Below are positions 13,574 to 26,713 of a DNA stretch of 64,000 nt, one piece after another. Source of the DNA: the human T2T-CHM13v2.0 reference genome, Homo sapiens. Position 1 is the stretch's first letter, and each line of letters opens with the position of its first letter. Position numbers and translations under genes: made by a program. The stretch lies in assembly GCF_009914755.1 (NCBI RefSeq), contig NC_060930.1; one strand, 5' to 3'. Below the pieces are notes generated by a model. The model was not told the DNA's origin, did no database searches, and was given only the letters and a program-made list of their open reading frames with translations.

Positions 13574-13728
13574 CTAATGCTAGATGACGAGTTAGTGGGT
13601 GCAGCACACCAGCATGGCACATGTATACGTATGTAACTAACCTGCACAATGTGCACATGTACCCTAAAACTTAAAGTATAATAGTAAAATAAATAAATAA
13701 ATAAATAAAAAGAATAAGAAAAAAAAAA
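13574..13728 (+). mobile_element. Severely 5'-truncated young L1 (L1PA2-like) with poly(A) tail
   Basis: ctaatgctagatgacgagttagtgggtgcagcacacc...aactaacctgcacaatgtgcacatgtaccctaaaacttaaagtataat; TSD aaaggaacac at 13565-13574 and 13729-13738. Confidence 0.9.
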
Positions 13729-14269
13729 AAAGGAACACCAACCACCCAGATGAGAATCAGTGCAAGAACTCTGGTAATTCAAAAAACTAGAGTGTCCCCT
13801 TACCTCCAAATGAATCCATTAATTCCCCAACAAAGGTTATTAACCACTTTAAAGTAACTGAAGTGGCAGACAGCATCCAGGATTTGGATGGCAAGGAAAT
13901 TCATCAAGATTGAGGATAAAGTTAAAACCAAATCCAGAGTCCAGTAAAATAATCCAAGAGCTGAGAGATTAAATAGCCATTTAAAGAAAGAACCAAACTA
14001 AACTTCTAGAGCTGAAAAACTCACTATAAGCATTTCATAATACAATCAGAAATATTAATATTAGAATAGATAAAGCTGAGGAAAGAATCTCAAGAGTTTG
14101 AAGACTGGTTCTTCAAATCAACTCAGACAGGAAAGAAAAAAGAATTTTTAAAAATGAGCAAAACCTCTGAGAAATACGGGATTATGTAAAGATACCAAAT
14201 CTATGACTCACTGGCATTCCTAAGACAGAAGGAGAGAGAATATGCAACTTAGAAACTATATTTGAGGAC

Positions 14270-14690
14270 TGTAATTAGGTCATTCTTGCTTTGCTATAAA
14301 GAAATACCTGAGACTGGGTAATTTATAAAGAAAAGATGTTTAATTGGCTCACAGTTGTGCAGGTTGTACACAAAGCATAACACAGGTATCTGCTTCTGGG
14401 GAGACCTCAGGAAGCTCCCAATTATGGTGAAAGGTATAGGGGGAGCAGACATCTCACACTGGGGAGCAGGAGCAAGAGAGAGAGGAGGAGGTGCCACACA
14501 CTTTTAAACAACCAGATCTTGCAAGAACTCACTCACTATTACAAAGACAGCACCAAGGAGAAGGTGCTAAACCATTCATGAGAAATCCACCCCCATGATC
14601 CAATCACCTTCCTGCCTGGCCCTACCACCAACATTGAGGATTACATTTCAACATGAGATTTGGGCAGGGATAAATATCCAAACTATATCA
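14270..14690 (-). mobile_element. MaLR solo LTR, MSTA/MSTB-like, inside L1 ORF1
   Basis: tgtaattaggtcattcttgc...gaaatacctgagactggg...ccaaactatatca; perfect TSD aggac. Confidence 0.92.
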
Positions 14691-17600
14691 AGGACATAGT
14701 CCACAAAAATTTTCTTAATCTCACTAGAGAGATTATACATGCAAATCTAAGAGATACAGAGAACCCCAGCTAGATACTGTGTAAGATGACTATCTATCTC
14801 TAAGGCACATAGTCTGATTCACAGAGGTCAATGTAAAAGAAAAAATCTTAAATGCATCTAGAGAGAAGGGCCAATTTACATAAAGAGGGAACCCCTTCAA
14901 GGTAGCAGCAGACCTCTCAGTAGAAGCCTTTCAAGCCAGAAGAGAATGGTGTACTATTTTTAACATCCTTAAAGGAAAGAAATTTCAACCAAGAATTTTT
15001 ATATTCTGCCAAACTAAGTTTCATAAGTGAAGAAGTAAAGTCCTTTTCCAGACAAGCAAATGCTAAGTTGATACCTTTCAACTAGACCAGTCTTACAAGA
15101 GGTCCTTAAGGGAGTGCTAAACAGGGAAACAAAAGACCATTATTGGCCACCACAAAAACATACTTAGGTACATAGCTCACAGGCATAAATATAAAGCAAG
15201 GATACAATCAAGTCTATGTAAAAAACAGCTAACAACAGGATGAAAGGATCAAATTCACACATATCTATACTAACCTTGAATGTCAATGGGCTAAATGCCC
15301 CACGTAAAAGACAGACTGGATAAAAACATCAGACCAAATCATCTGTTGTCTTCAAGAGACCAATCTCACATGTAACAACACCAACAGCCTCAAAGTAAAA
15401 GATGGCCAAAAAAAAAATCTACCATGCAATGAAAAACAAAAAAGAGCAAGAGTCACAATTCTTACATCAGATGAAACAGATTTTAAATCAATAAAAATGA
15501 AGGACAATGAAGGGCATTACATAACGATAAAGGTTGCAATCTGACAAGAAGACTGAATTATCCTAAATATATATGCCCCCAACATTGGAGCACCTACATT
15601 TAAAAAACAAGTTCTTCTTTCCCTATGGAAAAACGTAGGCAACCACACAATAATAGTGAAGATTTTAACTCCCCACTGACAGCATTAGATAGATCACCAA
15701 GGCAGAAAACTAACAAAGAAACTCTGGACTTAAACTCAACACTTGACCAACTGGACATAAGAGACATCTACAGAACATTCCACCCAACAACTATAGAATA
15801 GATCTTTCTCATCTGCACATGGAACATATTCTAAGATTGATCAGATACTCAGTGATAAGGCAACACTCAACAACAAAAAAATAGGGAAAAAATAGGGAAA
15901 ACATACTAAGCACATTTTTGGACCATAGTGCAATAAAAATAGAAGTAAATATCAAAAAGACCTTTCAAAACTATACAAACATATGGAAATTAAACAACTT
16001 GTTCCTAAATAATTCTTGAGAGAACATTGAAATTAAGATGGAAATAAAAAAATTATTTGAAATTGACAAAAATAGGGACAGAACTTACCAAAATCTCTGG
16101 GATGCAGCTATAGCAGTGTTAAGAGGAAAGTTTATAGCCATAAATGCCTTCATCAGGAAGTTAGAAATACCTCAAATTGACAATCTAACTTTGCACTTAA
16201 AAGAACTAGAAATAAAAGGAACAAACAAACCCCAAACCTAGTAGAAGATAAATAACTAAAATTAGAGAAAAATTTATGAAAATTTAGATGTAAAAATCCA
16301 TACAAAAGATCAGTGAAACCAAAAGTGGATTATTTAAAAAATTAACAAGATTGATAGAGTGCTAGTTAGACTAGCAAAGAAAAAAGAGAAGATCCAAATA
16401 AGTACAATCAGAAATTACAATGATGATATTAAAAGCTATCCCACAGAAATAAAAAAGCTCTTTAGAGAATACTATAAACAAATTTATACACACAATTTAG
16501 AAAATCTAGAGGAAATGGACAAATTCCTGGAAACACACAATCTCTTAAGATTGAATCAGGAAGAGATTGAAATCCTGAATAGACCAATATCGAGCTCTAT
16601 AATTGAAGCAGTAATAAACAACCTACAAACAAAATAAGTCCTAGACCAGATGGATGCACAGCTGAATTCTACCAGATGTACAAAGAACTGGTGCCAATCC
16701 TACTGAAACTATTCCAAAAAATCAAAGAGGAGGGATTCCTCCCTAACTTATTCTATGAAACCAGCATCAGCCTAATACCTAAATCTGACAGAGACACAAT
16801 GAAGAAAGAAAAATTCATGCCAATATTCCTGATGAATACAGATGAAAAAATCCTCAAAAAACATTAGCAAACTGCATCTAGCAGCCCATCAAAAAGTTAA
16901 TTCAACATGATCAACTAGGCTTTATTCATGGGATACAAGGTTGGTTCAACATACACAAATTAATGTGATGCACCACATAAACAGCATTAAATATCATATG
17001 ATCATCTCAACAGATGCAGAAAAAATGATTAATAATATCCAAAATCCTTCCTTCATGATAAAAACCCTCCACAGACTAGCTATCGAAGGAGCATACCTCA
17101 AAATAATAAGAGCCATCTATGACAAACCCACAGCCAACATCATACTGAATGGGCAAAAGTTGGAAGTATTCCCCTTGAAAACTGGAACAAGGCAAGGATG
17201 CTCACTTTCACCACTCCTATTCAACATATTACTGGAAGTCCTAACCAGAGCAATCAGGCAGGAGAAAGAAATAAAAGGCATCCAAATAGAAAAGTAAAAG
17301 TCAAATTATCTCTTTTGGCCGATCACATGATTCTATACTTAGGCAACCCTAAAGACTCTGCCAAAAGGCTACTAGAACTAATAAAAGATTTTAGCAAGGT
17401 TTTAGAATGCAAAACCTATATGCAGAAATTGGTGGCATTTCTGTACGCCAGTAACATCAAGGCTAAGAGTCAAATGAAGAACACAATCCCGTTTACAATA
17501 GCCACAAAGAAAATGAAATAGCTAGAAATACATCTAACCAATGAGGTGAAAAATTTCTACAATGAGAACTATAAAACACTGTTCAGAGAAATCAAAGATG

Positions 17601-17834
17601 ACACAAATAAATCAGAAAACACCCCATGCTCATGGAGTAGGAGAGTCAATATTATTAAAATGGCCATAGAGCCCAAAACTATTTAGAGGCTCAACACTAT
17701 TCCTATCAAACTGCCAAAATAATTATTAACAGAATTATAAAAAAGTATTTTTAAATTTATATGGAACCAAAAAGAGCCCAACTAGCCAAGGCAATCCTAA
17801 GCAAAAAGAACAAAGCCAGAGGCATCACACTACC

Positions 17835-18122
17835 TGATAAGGTTTGGCTCTTTGTTGCCATCTAAGTCTCATGTTGAATTGTAATCCCCAATGTTGGAGG
17901 AGGGACCTGGTGGGAGGTGATGGGATCATGGGAGTGGATTTACCCCTTGCTGTTGTCATGAGAGTGAGTTCTTACAAGATCCGGTTGCTTGAAAGCGTAT
18001 AGCACTTCCTTCTTCACTCTCTCCTCTTTCTCCTGCCAGCTTGTGAAGATGTGCTTGCTTCCCCTTCACCTTCCTCCATAATTGTAAGTTTCCTAAGGCT
18101 TCCTCAGCCATGCCTGCTATAC
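17835..18122 (+). mobile_element. MaLR LTR, MSTA-like, 3'-truncated, inside L1 ORF2
   Basis: tgataaggtttggctc...ctcatgttgaattgtaatcccca; right end and second TSD missing. Confidence 0.85.
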
Positions 18123-19492
18123 TCCATGACACTATAAAGATACGTCAACCAAAACAGCCTGATACTGGTACAAAAACAGATGCATAGACCAATGGAACAG
18201 AACAGAAATCTCAGAAATAAAGCCACACATCTACAACCATCTGATCTTCAACAGGGCTAACAAAAACAAGCAATGGGGAAAGGACTACCTATTCAATAAA
18301 TGGTACTGGGATAACTAGCTAGCCATATGCAGAAGAATGAAATTAAACCCTTACTTTTCACCATATACAAAGAATAACTTAAGATAGATTAAAGATGTAA
18401 ATGTAAGACCTCAAACTATAAAAAGCTTAAAAGAAAACCTAGGAAATACCTTTCTCGGCATCAGCCCTAGCAAAGAAATTTTGACTAAGTCCCTCCAAAT
18501 AGTTGCAACACAACAGATATTGACAAGTGGGAGCTAATTAAAGAGCTTCTGTACAGCGGAAGAAACCATCAACAGAGTAAACAGACAACCTCAGAATCCG
18601 AAAAAATATCTACAAACCATATATCTGACAAAGGTCTAATATCCAGCTTCTATAAAGAACTTAACCAATCAGCAAGCAAAAACCAACCCCATTAAAAAAT
18701 GGTCAAAGGATATGAACAGACACGTCTCAAAAGAAGACATGTAAGTGGCAGACAAATATATGAAAACAAGTTCATCATTACTAATAATCAGAGAAATACA
18801 AATCAAAACCACAGTAAGATACCATCTCACACCAGTACGAATGGCTATTATTAAAAAGTCAAAAAATAACAGATATTGGTGAGGTTGCAGAGAAAAAGGA
18901 ATGCTTATACACTGCTAGTAGAAATGTAAATTAGTTCAGCCACTGTGGAAAACAGTTTGGAGATGTCTCAAAGGACTTAAAATAGAACTACTATTTGACC
19001 CAGCAATCCCATTAGTCAGTATATACCCCAAGGAATATAAATTGTTCTGTGATAGGTCACATGCATGTGTATGTTCATTGTAGCACTATTCACAATATCA
19101 AAGACATGGAATCAACCTAAACGCCCATCAATGGTGGACTGGATAATGAAAATATGGTACATTTATAACATGGAATACTATGTAGACATAAAAAAACACC
19201 TCAAATCATGCCCTTTGCAGTATCATGGATGGAGGTGGAGGCCATTATCCCATGTGAGCTAACAGAGCATCAGAAAACCAAATACTGCATATTCTCACTT
19301 ATAAATGGGAGCAAAAAATTGAATACACGTGGACACAAAGAAGAGAACAATAAACACTAGGGCCTACTCGGGGGTAGAGGGTGGGAGGATGGTGAGGGTC
19401 AAAAAACTACCTATCAGGTCTTATGCTTATTACCTGGGTGGCAAAATAATCTGTGCACCAATTTCCTGCAACACATAATTTACCTATTTAAT

Positions 19493-20066
19493 GAGATTTA
19501 AAAGCAACCTAAGTGTCCTTCAACAGATGAATAAAGGAAATGTGGTACATATACCCAATATAGTACTATTCAGCCATAAAAAAAGAAGATCCCACCATTT
19601 GCAAAAACATGGATGAAATTGGAGGTCATTATGTTAAGGGAAATAAGCCAGGCATAGAAAGACATACTTCACACATTCTCACTTATTTATGGGAGCTAAA
19701 AATTAAAATAATTGAACTCATGGAGATAAAGAGTAGAAGGACGGTTACCAGAGTCTGGGAAGAGTAGTGGGGGTGTGGTGGGAGGGAAGTGCAGATGGTT
19801 AATGAGTGCAAAAAAAAATTATAAAGAATGAATAAGATCTAATATTTGCTAGCACAACAAGGTGATTATAGTAAAAAATAATTGTACATTTAAAAATAAC
19901 AAAGTGTATAGTTAGATTGTTTATAACACAAAGGATGAATGCTTGAGGTGATGGATACCCCATTTATCCTAGTGTTATCATGCACTGCATGCCTGTATCA
20001 AAATATCTCACATAACCTATAAATATGTACACCTACTATGAATCCACAAAAATTAAAAAATTAAAA
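19493..20066 (+). mobile_element. L1MA2-like 3' end inserted in the 3' UTR of the L1PA15/16-like element
   Basis: aattgaactcatggagataaagagtagaagg...aatgcttgaggtgatggataccccattt...acctactatgaatccacaaaaatt; host resumes catgcacaagtaccctgaacctaa at 20067. Confidence 0.85.
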
Positions 20067-20329
20067 CATGCACAAGTACCCTGAACCTAAGAGTTGGAAA
20101 GAAAATATTAAAATTGCATCTAGTAATTTTAATTTGACATGATTTTATTTAAAGCAATAAATTAAATAGAAATCTCTATCACTAATATTCCCTATAGATT
20201 ATTTATGCAATCTCTCTCTATATATTGAGAGGGAAATAAATAAAATTGAAACAAAATATGTAGATGAGAGAGAAAAAGGTAATTTTAAAGTAATATGCTT
20301 ACATAAATACCCCTACCTTTGAGAAAAGC

Positions 20330-20733
20330 CCGAAGGGATTTGTTTTCTCCCCTGTTTACTGCGGGAACCTGGACAAGATCCTGGAGGTAAATCTCACAAA
20401 ATTGGGAGGGTCCCCCTATGACTGGGTGCTTTCTAGAGTTTTTAAGTCTTAGAGTTGCCTGCACGGGGCCTCTAGCAATTTGTCAATTACAGTTCAGATT
20501 TTTCCTTCCCTGGTACTGATTCCTGCAGAGGTTTCTGCTTGTGAGTCTCTGCTCCAGTAAGCTGTGACTTCCTGCATTCACCTATCTCTCCAATCTTGGG
20601 GGCAATGCTTCGCCCTGTGTCTCACCTCTCTTACAGATTCAAGAAGCGTTGTTGATATTTTCAGTTTGTTCTGCTTTCTCCATGTTATTAGGACAGAGTG
20701 GTAACTTCCAAGCTCCTTACATGTGAAACTAGG
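20330..20733 (-). mobile_element. 5' UTR end of an old L1 (L1MC-type), probably the 5' end of the 6385-12260 element
   Basis: Reverse strand reads catgtaaggagcttggaagttaccactctgtcctaataac...aacaaactgaaaatatcaacaac; same orientation as the L1MC1 body. Confidence 0.7.
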
Positions 20734-21889
20734 TGGGGATATAGTTCTCAGGGACAGTGAACCCAGGCAAGTAGACAAAAGTTATCAGTGGGGAATAACT
20801 GCTGGAGTCTTATGAACAAGTTGAGTACATTTAAATTTAATTTTCTTAAATCTTTCTATAGCAGGTGAGATTTCTGGACTTTTTTCTATGATGAATACAT
20901 TTGTATATCTGTCTAAAAATTAAAATTAGAGATTGTGAAAAGCTCCATGAAGTGACCTAGAAACTATGGAAATTTCTTGCAAATGCTAGATGAAGGAAAG
21001 TCAACACCAAAGGCAATCTACAAGCTGCACGCACGTTGAAAATACTGAAGGTCACACGTATGTCATTTTACCAGATGTGCATATCATCACAAATGTACAT
21101 CCTCAGCAATCCCTATGGCAGGATGCCCAGGGGGAAGAGAAACGGAGACTGTATCTAGGGAAACATCCTTGGCTTCTGCCATCAAATACTGAGATTTAAT
21201 ATTCTTTTTACTTTTATCCAATTAACAAGTACTTTAGTCATAAGACAGAGTCCTGGAACACACCTCCCCTCCAAAAATTAATGATTTTTATTTTTAACAA
21301 GGTATTGTATTTCTAGGAACAGGAATTTCTTTGTAAGTTTTTCATTTTGTCATTTTCTAGTGCTGGAGCACTTTCCAGGATTCTATAGCTTTTTGACATT
21401 GCTGGTTACACCCTAGATATGACAACAACCTATAATCGGAGATAATGTTAAAGGTTCAGTATTTGGAAGTTGTCCTTATGAATTTAATATATTTTATTTT
21501 TCTTCTTAGCAATATCTAGTTGAGTATCTGGTTTTTGTAGAATGAAATTATTGGCACTCATATTCAAGTGATTACCCTGAGGAAATGCTCACTTCTTGCT
21601 GTTTCTCTTAGAGAATATGATAATGAATTGACAAAAAAAAAGATATAAAGGAAAAATGCCAGATTGGTTTAAATCCAGATTCCTGTTGGTACTTTGATAA
21701 TGGCATATGCTGTTCTTTGTGCTAAGAACAAGAAATCCCAGTCTTCAAAACATTTGAAAGGTAATTTTATTGACAGACAAATTGTCTCACAACAAAGACC
21801 CTAGCTCATATATAAGAATTGGAAACCTGGTCAAGAATTAAATAAATAATATCCTGCCCTTTGTTTTCCCTTGAACGGTTCAGATAGAA

Positions 21890-22068
21890 AGATGCTTAGC
21901 ACCCTGGCTGCATATTAGAGTCACCTGGGGAGTGCTGTAAACATACCATTGCTCAGGCTTTCCCCATCTCCTAGGTTTGGGTTCTGTTTTTCTGGAGTAG
22001 GGCCAGTCTTTTCAGTTCTAAAACCTGCCTGGGTGAGCCTAATATGTAGTGAGGCTTGAGAACCACTG
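21890..22068. mobile_element. hAT-Charlie MITE (MER5A/B-like)
   Basis: ctggctgcatattagagtcacctgggga...ttgagaaccactg terminus. Confidence 0.75.
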
Positions 22069-22711
22069 CAACTTAGGGCAATTCTCATACATGGAGTGGA
22101 ACAAAAAGATGGGAACCAGAAACGTGTAACTCAGCCAGAGGAAGAGGGGAAGGAGAGGCAATGAAAAGTTAATGTTAGTTTAGTTTGAACTTTCCTAAAT
22201 TATTGAAAATCACTATTTTATGTTCCTACTCCATGACAGTGACATGGCTGATTGGAAAGACCCTGATCTTGGTGTTGAGCAAGTGATCAGGTTTCCAATG
22301 TTAGAGTCACCCCAATATTTTAGGCTCAAAGCCTCAGAAGCAAGCTTGTTAGAGTTTCTGCTTTAATTATGCCACTTTCCATATTAAGATACCAATTGAT
22401 GAGAGTGAGATCAGTTTCAAGCTGGAGCTGAGACTCAGGAGTGAAAAATAAACATAAAAAATTGTTTTGTATTCCTACCCCCTCCTTCCTTCTGCTCATG
22501 GTTTGCAATCACCACTACTCCCCAACCCCTGTCACTGGCCCACAACTGGTGGAAGCCTCCACTTCTGGCCCAACTTCATCTTTATCATATATTTATGAGA
22601 TAAAGATATATATGTGTATGTATATGTGTATGATGTATATATAATATATGTATATATGTCCATCTCTAGCCTACTTCAACCTTCTCCTCCCAGTTGAGAA
22701 TATGACTGCAT

Positions 22712-22868
22712 TTTTTTCCTTTTGTTTCCTTTTTTTTTTTTTTTTTTTTAGTAGGGACAGGTCTCACTATATTGCCTAGGCTGGTCTTGAACTCCTGGCC
22801 ATAAGCAATCTTCATGTCTTGGCATCCCGAAGTGCTGGCATTACATGCGTGAGCCAGAATGCCCGGCC
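22712..22868 (-). mobile_element. FLAM (free left Alu monomer)
   Basis: Poly-T then a single arm gtctcactatattgcctaggctggtcttgaactcctggc...cccggcc. Confidence 0.85.
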
Positions 22869-23600
22869 ATAGCTGCCTTTCTTATCTTCTCTTGGTTCTG
22901 TAATGCTGCTTTCCTTTCTGAGGATTCTTCAACTCCAGTTCGCCACATTTATAGTCTCTCCTACTTCTAGTTCATAGGACTATTTCTACAGTTTTGTCTC
23001 CTATTCAAGGCCACTGGCCAAGTTCAGTTTTTTTCATATAATCCTGACAAATAAGCTGGATAAAAATGCTGTCTCTTTTTACAACCAGGGAATTTGAGTA
23101 CCTGGAGAATGAGACTACAAAATAAAATGTGTTTGTAACATCAAATCCTGACCTTGCCTCATGCAAAATTTTAATAAAGTGAGAATGATAATGTCTCCTT
23201 AAAAGTTAGAGTTTAAAATGATATAATGCATTTCATATTGCTGCCATACATTGGCATGTTCCAACACTTAATCAAGTCTCCCCTGTGCTCCCTAGAGGCA
23301 GGCTCTCATCCAGATTGTTATTTTTATTTAATATCTCAGGTTTGGAACATATGGGATATATTCCTGTAATCCCCCAAAAGGAAGGGTGTGAAGCTTTTCT
23401 TGTTTTCTCTAAATTACTCAGGAAACTTTTACAAAATTTTTACCTACATCCATATAATTTATTATTGACAAAATATTGGTGTTTATAAATTGGGAATAGA
23501 AACGTCCACAGATGGACTTTAGGGCTGTATTTGTGTTGTTGGAATCTGGATTGCACTGAGGATATTAACAGTTGTTTCAGATGAACTACATTTTCCCTCA

Positions 23601-25040
23601 TTTAAAGTAGACTTGACTTTTTAGACTCGTTTTGGGTTCACAGCAAACTTAAGTGCAAAGTACAGAGATTTCCCATATACTCTCTCCCCACACAAATGCA
23701 TAGCCTCCCCCATTATCAATATCCACCAGAGTACTACATTTGTTTCAATTGATGAACCTGTATTGACACATCATAATCATCCAGAGTCCATAGTTGGTTT
23801 ACATCAGGGTTCACTTTTTGTGTTGTGCATTCTGTGGGTATGGAAAAATGTGTAATGGCGTGTCTAACATTGTTGTATCATACACAGTAGGTTCACTGCT
23901 CTAGAAATCCTCCGTGCTCAGCTATTCATCCCTTCCTTCTCTCTAATCCCTGGAAACCACTGATCTTTTAACCGTCTCCATAGTTTTGCCTTTTTCAGAA
24001 TGTTATCTAGTTGGAATCATGCAATATGTAGTCTTTGTCAATTAGCTTCTTTCACTTAGTAATATACATTTAAGTTTCTTGCATGTCTTTTTGTACCTTG
24101 GTAACTCATTTTTCAAACACTGAATAATATTTTGTTGTCTGCATGTACTACAGTTTATTTACTCATTCACCCACTGAAGGACATCTTGGTTACTTTTTGG
24201 CAATTATGAATGGAACTAAAACATCGTGTGGAAGTTTTTGTTTGGACATAAGTTGTTTTTTTTTTTAGTTTTACTTTAAGTTCTGGGATACATGTACAGA
24301 AGAACGTGCCGGTTTGTTACATAGGTATACATGTGCCATGGTGGTTTCCTGCACCTTTCAACCTGTCATCTAGGTTTGAAGCCCTGCATGCATTAGGTAT
24401 TTGTCCTAATGCTCTCCATCCCCTTGCCCCCTACCCGCCGACAGGTCCTGGTATGTGTTGTTCCCCTCCCTGTGTCCTCGTGTTCTCATTGTTCAACTCC
24501 CACTTATGAGTGAGAACATGCGGTGTTTGGTTTTCTGTTCCTGTGTTAGTTTGCTGAGAATAATGGCTTCCAGCTTCATCCATGTCCCTGCAAAGGACAT
24601 GAACTCATTCTTTTTTATGGCTGCATAGTATTCCGTGGTGTATATTTGCCACATTTTCTTTATCCAGTCTGTCATTGATGGGCATTTGGGTTGGTTCTAA
24701 GTCTTTGCTATTGTAAATAGTGCTGCAATAAACATACGTGTGTATGTGTTTTTATAGTGGAATGATTTATAATCTTTTGGGTATGTACCCAGTAATGGGT
24801 TGCTGGGTCAAACGGTATTTCTGGTTCTAGATCCTTGAGGAATCGCCACACTGTCTTCCACAATGGTTGAACTAATTTACACTTCTACCAACAGTGTAAA
24901 AGCGTTCCTATTTCTTGACAGCCTTGCCAGCATCTGTTGTTTCCTGAATTTTTAAAAATCACCATTCCGACTGGTGTGAGACAGTATCTTATTGCAGTTT
25001 TTAACTCTTTTGTGTAAATACTAAGGAGTACTATTGCTGT
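23601..25040 (-). mobile_element. Second L1MC1-like 3' fragment, interrupted by L1PA8
   Basis: Same antisense 3' end motifs as at 6385; resumes aactcttttgtgtaaatactaaggag after the insertion. Confidence 0.85.
24258..24995 (-). mobile_element. 5'-truncated L1PA8-like element
   Basis: tctaggtttgaagccctgcatgcattaggtatttgtcctaatgctctcc; minus ORF 24493-24675 is the ORF2 C-terminus (WIKKMWQIYTTEYYAAIK). Confidence 0.88.
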
Positions 25041-26004
25041 ATTGTTAAAAAATGACATTTTTGTTTCAAAATTAATATTTACTGACATTTACAACATGGT
25101 AGATTAAATCCACTTTAGAATTATAATAGAACTTTCAATCAATAGACCCAACACTCAAGCAGGATGCTATACCCAATAGTTGGCTACTTTGAATAATACA
25201 AATGTCACAACTTGAGACACTTTTACTGTCTTGAATAGTATACCTCATGCTATGAGGGGCTCCCAATGAACAAACTGATGCATTGTTCTGTTTCTCATGT
25301 GTTACGATTTTCAAAGTATTATGCCCCAACTTATTTCCTTGTGCCAATGCTGTGTCTAGCTGAACTTCACTTTAAATATAAGTGATCAGAGCATGCCAGT
25401 GAACTGGTGGGGAAGGTCTAACAGAAGATATTTAGAGGGGTAGGATGAGGACAGGAGATCTTGTTTGGGGGAATGGGGAGCCTAAGTAAATGAGCTTACT
25501 ATAATAGAGATATAGTTGTAAGTTAGGGGAAGTGATTCTGAATACAGCGTGATTGTTATTTTCCATGTGTATCTTACAACTTAGCTCCTCTTGGATTAGA
25601 GCAGTGGAGAATAGGGACTGTCCATTAAAGCTGAAATTATTTTATTTAGTTTTTTTCTGAGAAAAATTTACAGAACACTGGATAAACAATCTTACTTTGG
25701 AAACTCTAGACCATGGTGTAACCAGAAGAGAAAGAAGCATTTTCCCCTACCTAACCACAGATAACCCTACAGATTTAGCAAAACAAACAGTCAGTGGGCA
25801 TTAGAGCCTGTCAGAGCCCAGTAGGATCCATCAATGCCAGTGTTGCCACCTATTGGGTATCTAGTAGTGACAAGAAGGCTGTACCAGGGATGTGACCAAG
25901 TAGAGTGGCAATGGGGCTTGGCAGAGCAGACTTGATCGAAAGCACAGGTGTAATAAACTTGGGAATTTTCAGCCTGTAGTAGTGAGACCTGGAGGGAAAG
26001 TAAC

Positions 26005-26190
26005 ACTTCAGGGATGTGGAGCAACAAGGTAGAAGGAGCCTGGGTCCCCAGATGACCCCATGGAGCCAATTCACAATGCTAGCCCTGCCCATGTCTCTCT
26101 GGGCCATTAAACAACAGAGATAAAGTTGTCTCCATTTGCCACAATGTTATTTTGGGTCTCTTCTAACTGCAGCAGATCTTATATTCTAGT
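26005..26190 (+). mobile_element. Ancient MaLR LTR fragment (MLT1J/K-like)
   Basis: gagcaacaaggtagaaggagcctgggtccccagatgac...gccacaatgttattttgggtctctt. Confidence 0.6.
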
Positions 26191-26388
26191 AATGCCCTCT
26201 TTCTCAGTTAGACCATCCTCCACACCATGCTCTTTTGCTAACTTCTGTCTTCCCCTGTGGATATTCCTCTATACAGTCTGTCCTTCAGTTATTTCCTATC
26301 CCCCTGCCCTATTTCCTGTGAAAACATACATGTGACTTGAAAAATGGCTCAGAGCCCTATTAAGATGTTCTTTAAGAAACTAAATTTT

Positions 26389-26554
26389 GATTTGTTTGTT
26401 TTTTAGAGACAAGGTCTCACTCTGTTGCCCAGGCTGGAGTGCAGTGGTGTGATCATGGCTCACTGCAACTTTAAACTCCTGGGCTCAACCAATTCTTCCA
26501 CCTCAGCCTCCCTAGTAGCAGGGACTACAGGTGCTCATACCATGCCTAGCTAAT

Positions 26555-26587
<33 letters not shown>

Positions 26588-26713
26588 CATGTGCATAGAG
26601 AAAGGATTTCACCAAGTTGCCGAGGCTGGTCTCAAACTGATGGTCTCAAGCGACCCTCTCACCTCAGCCTCCCAAAATGCTGGGATTACAGGTGAGGGCT
26701 ACCTTGCACAGCT
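26389..26713 (-). mobile_element. AluJ with its middle linker converted to (TG)n(CG)n
   Basis: gatcatggctcactgcaac, ctcctgggctcaa; TSD gaaactaaatttt / gaaactaaaatttt. Confidence 0.92.

Larger units (their letters stand above)
12261..20105 (+). mobile_element. Near full-length decayed LINE-1, L1PA15/16 (or L1PREC2)-like, with four nested insertions
   Basis: 5' start ggaggtgggacaagatggcc, GC-richer 5' UTR, ORF2 fragments 16038-17521 ([40 protein letters not shown]), 3' UTR aaaaactacctatcagg...tacctgggtg. Confidence 0.9.

Noticed and set aside
15240-19300. L1 ORF2 as a functional reverse transcriptase gene
   Set aside because: Broken by many stops and frameshifts and an MST insertion; the catalytic FADD motif reads LADH.
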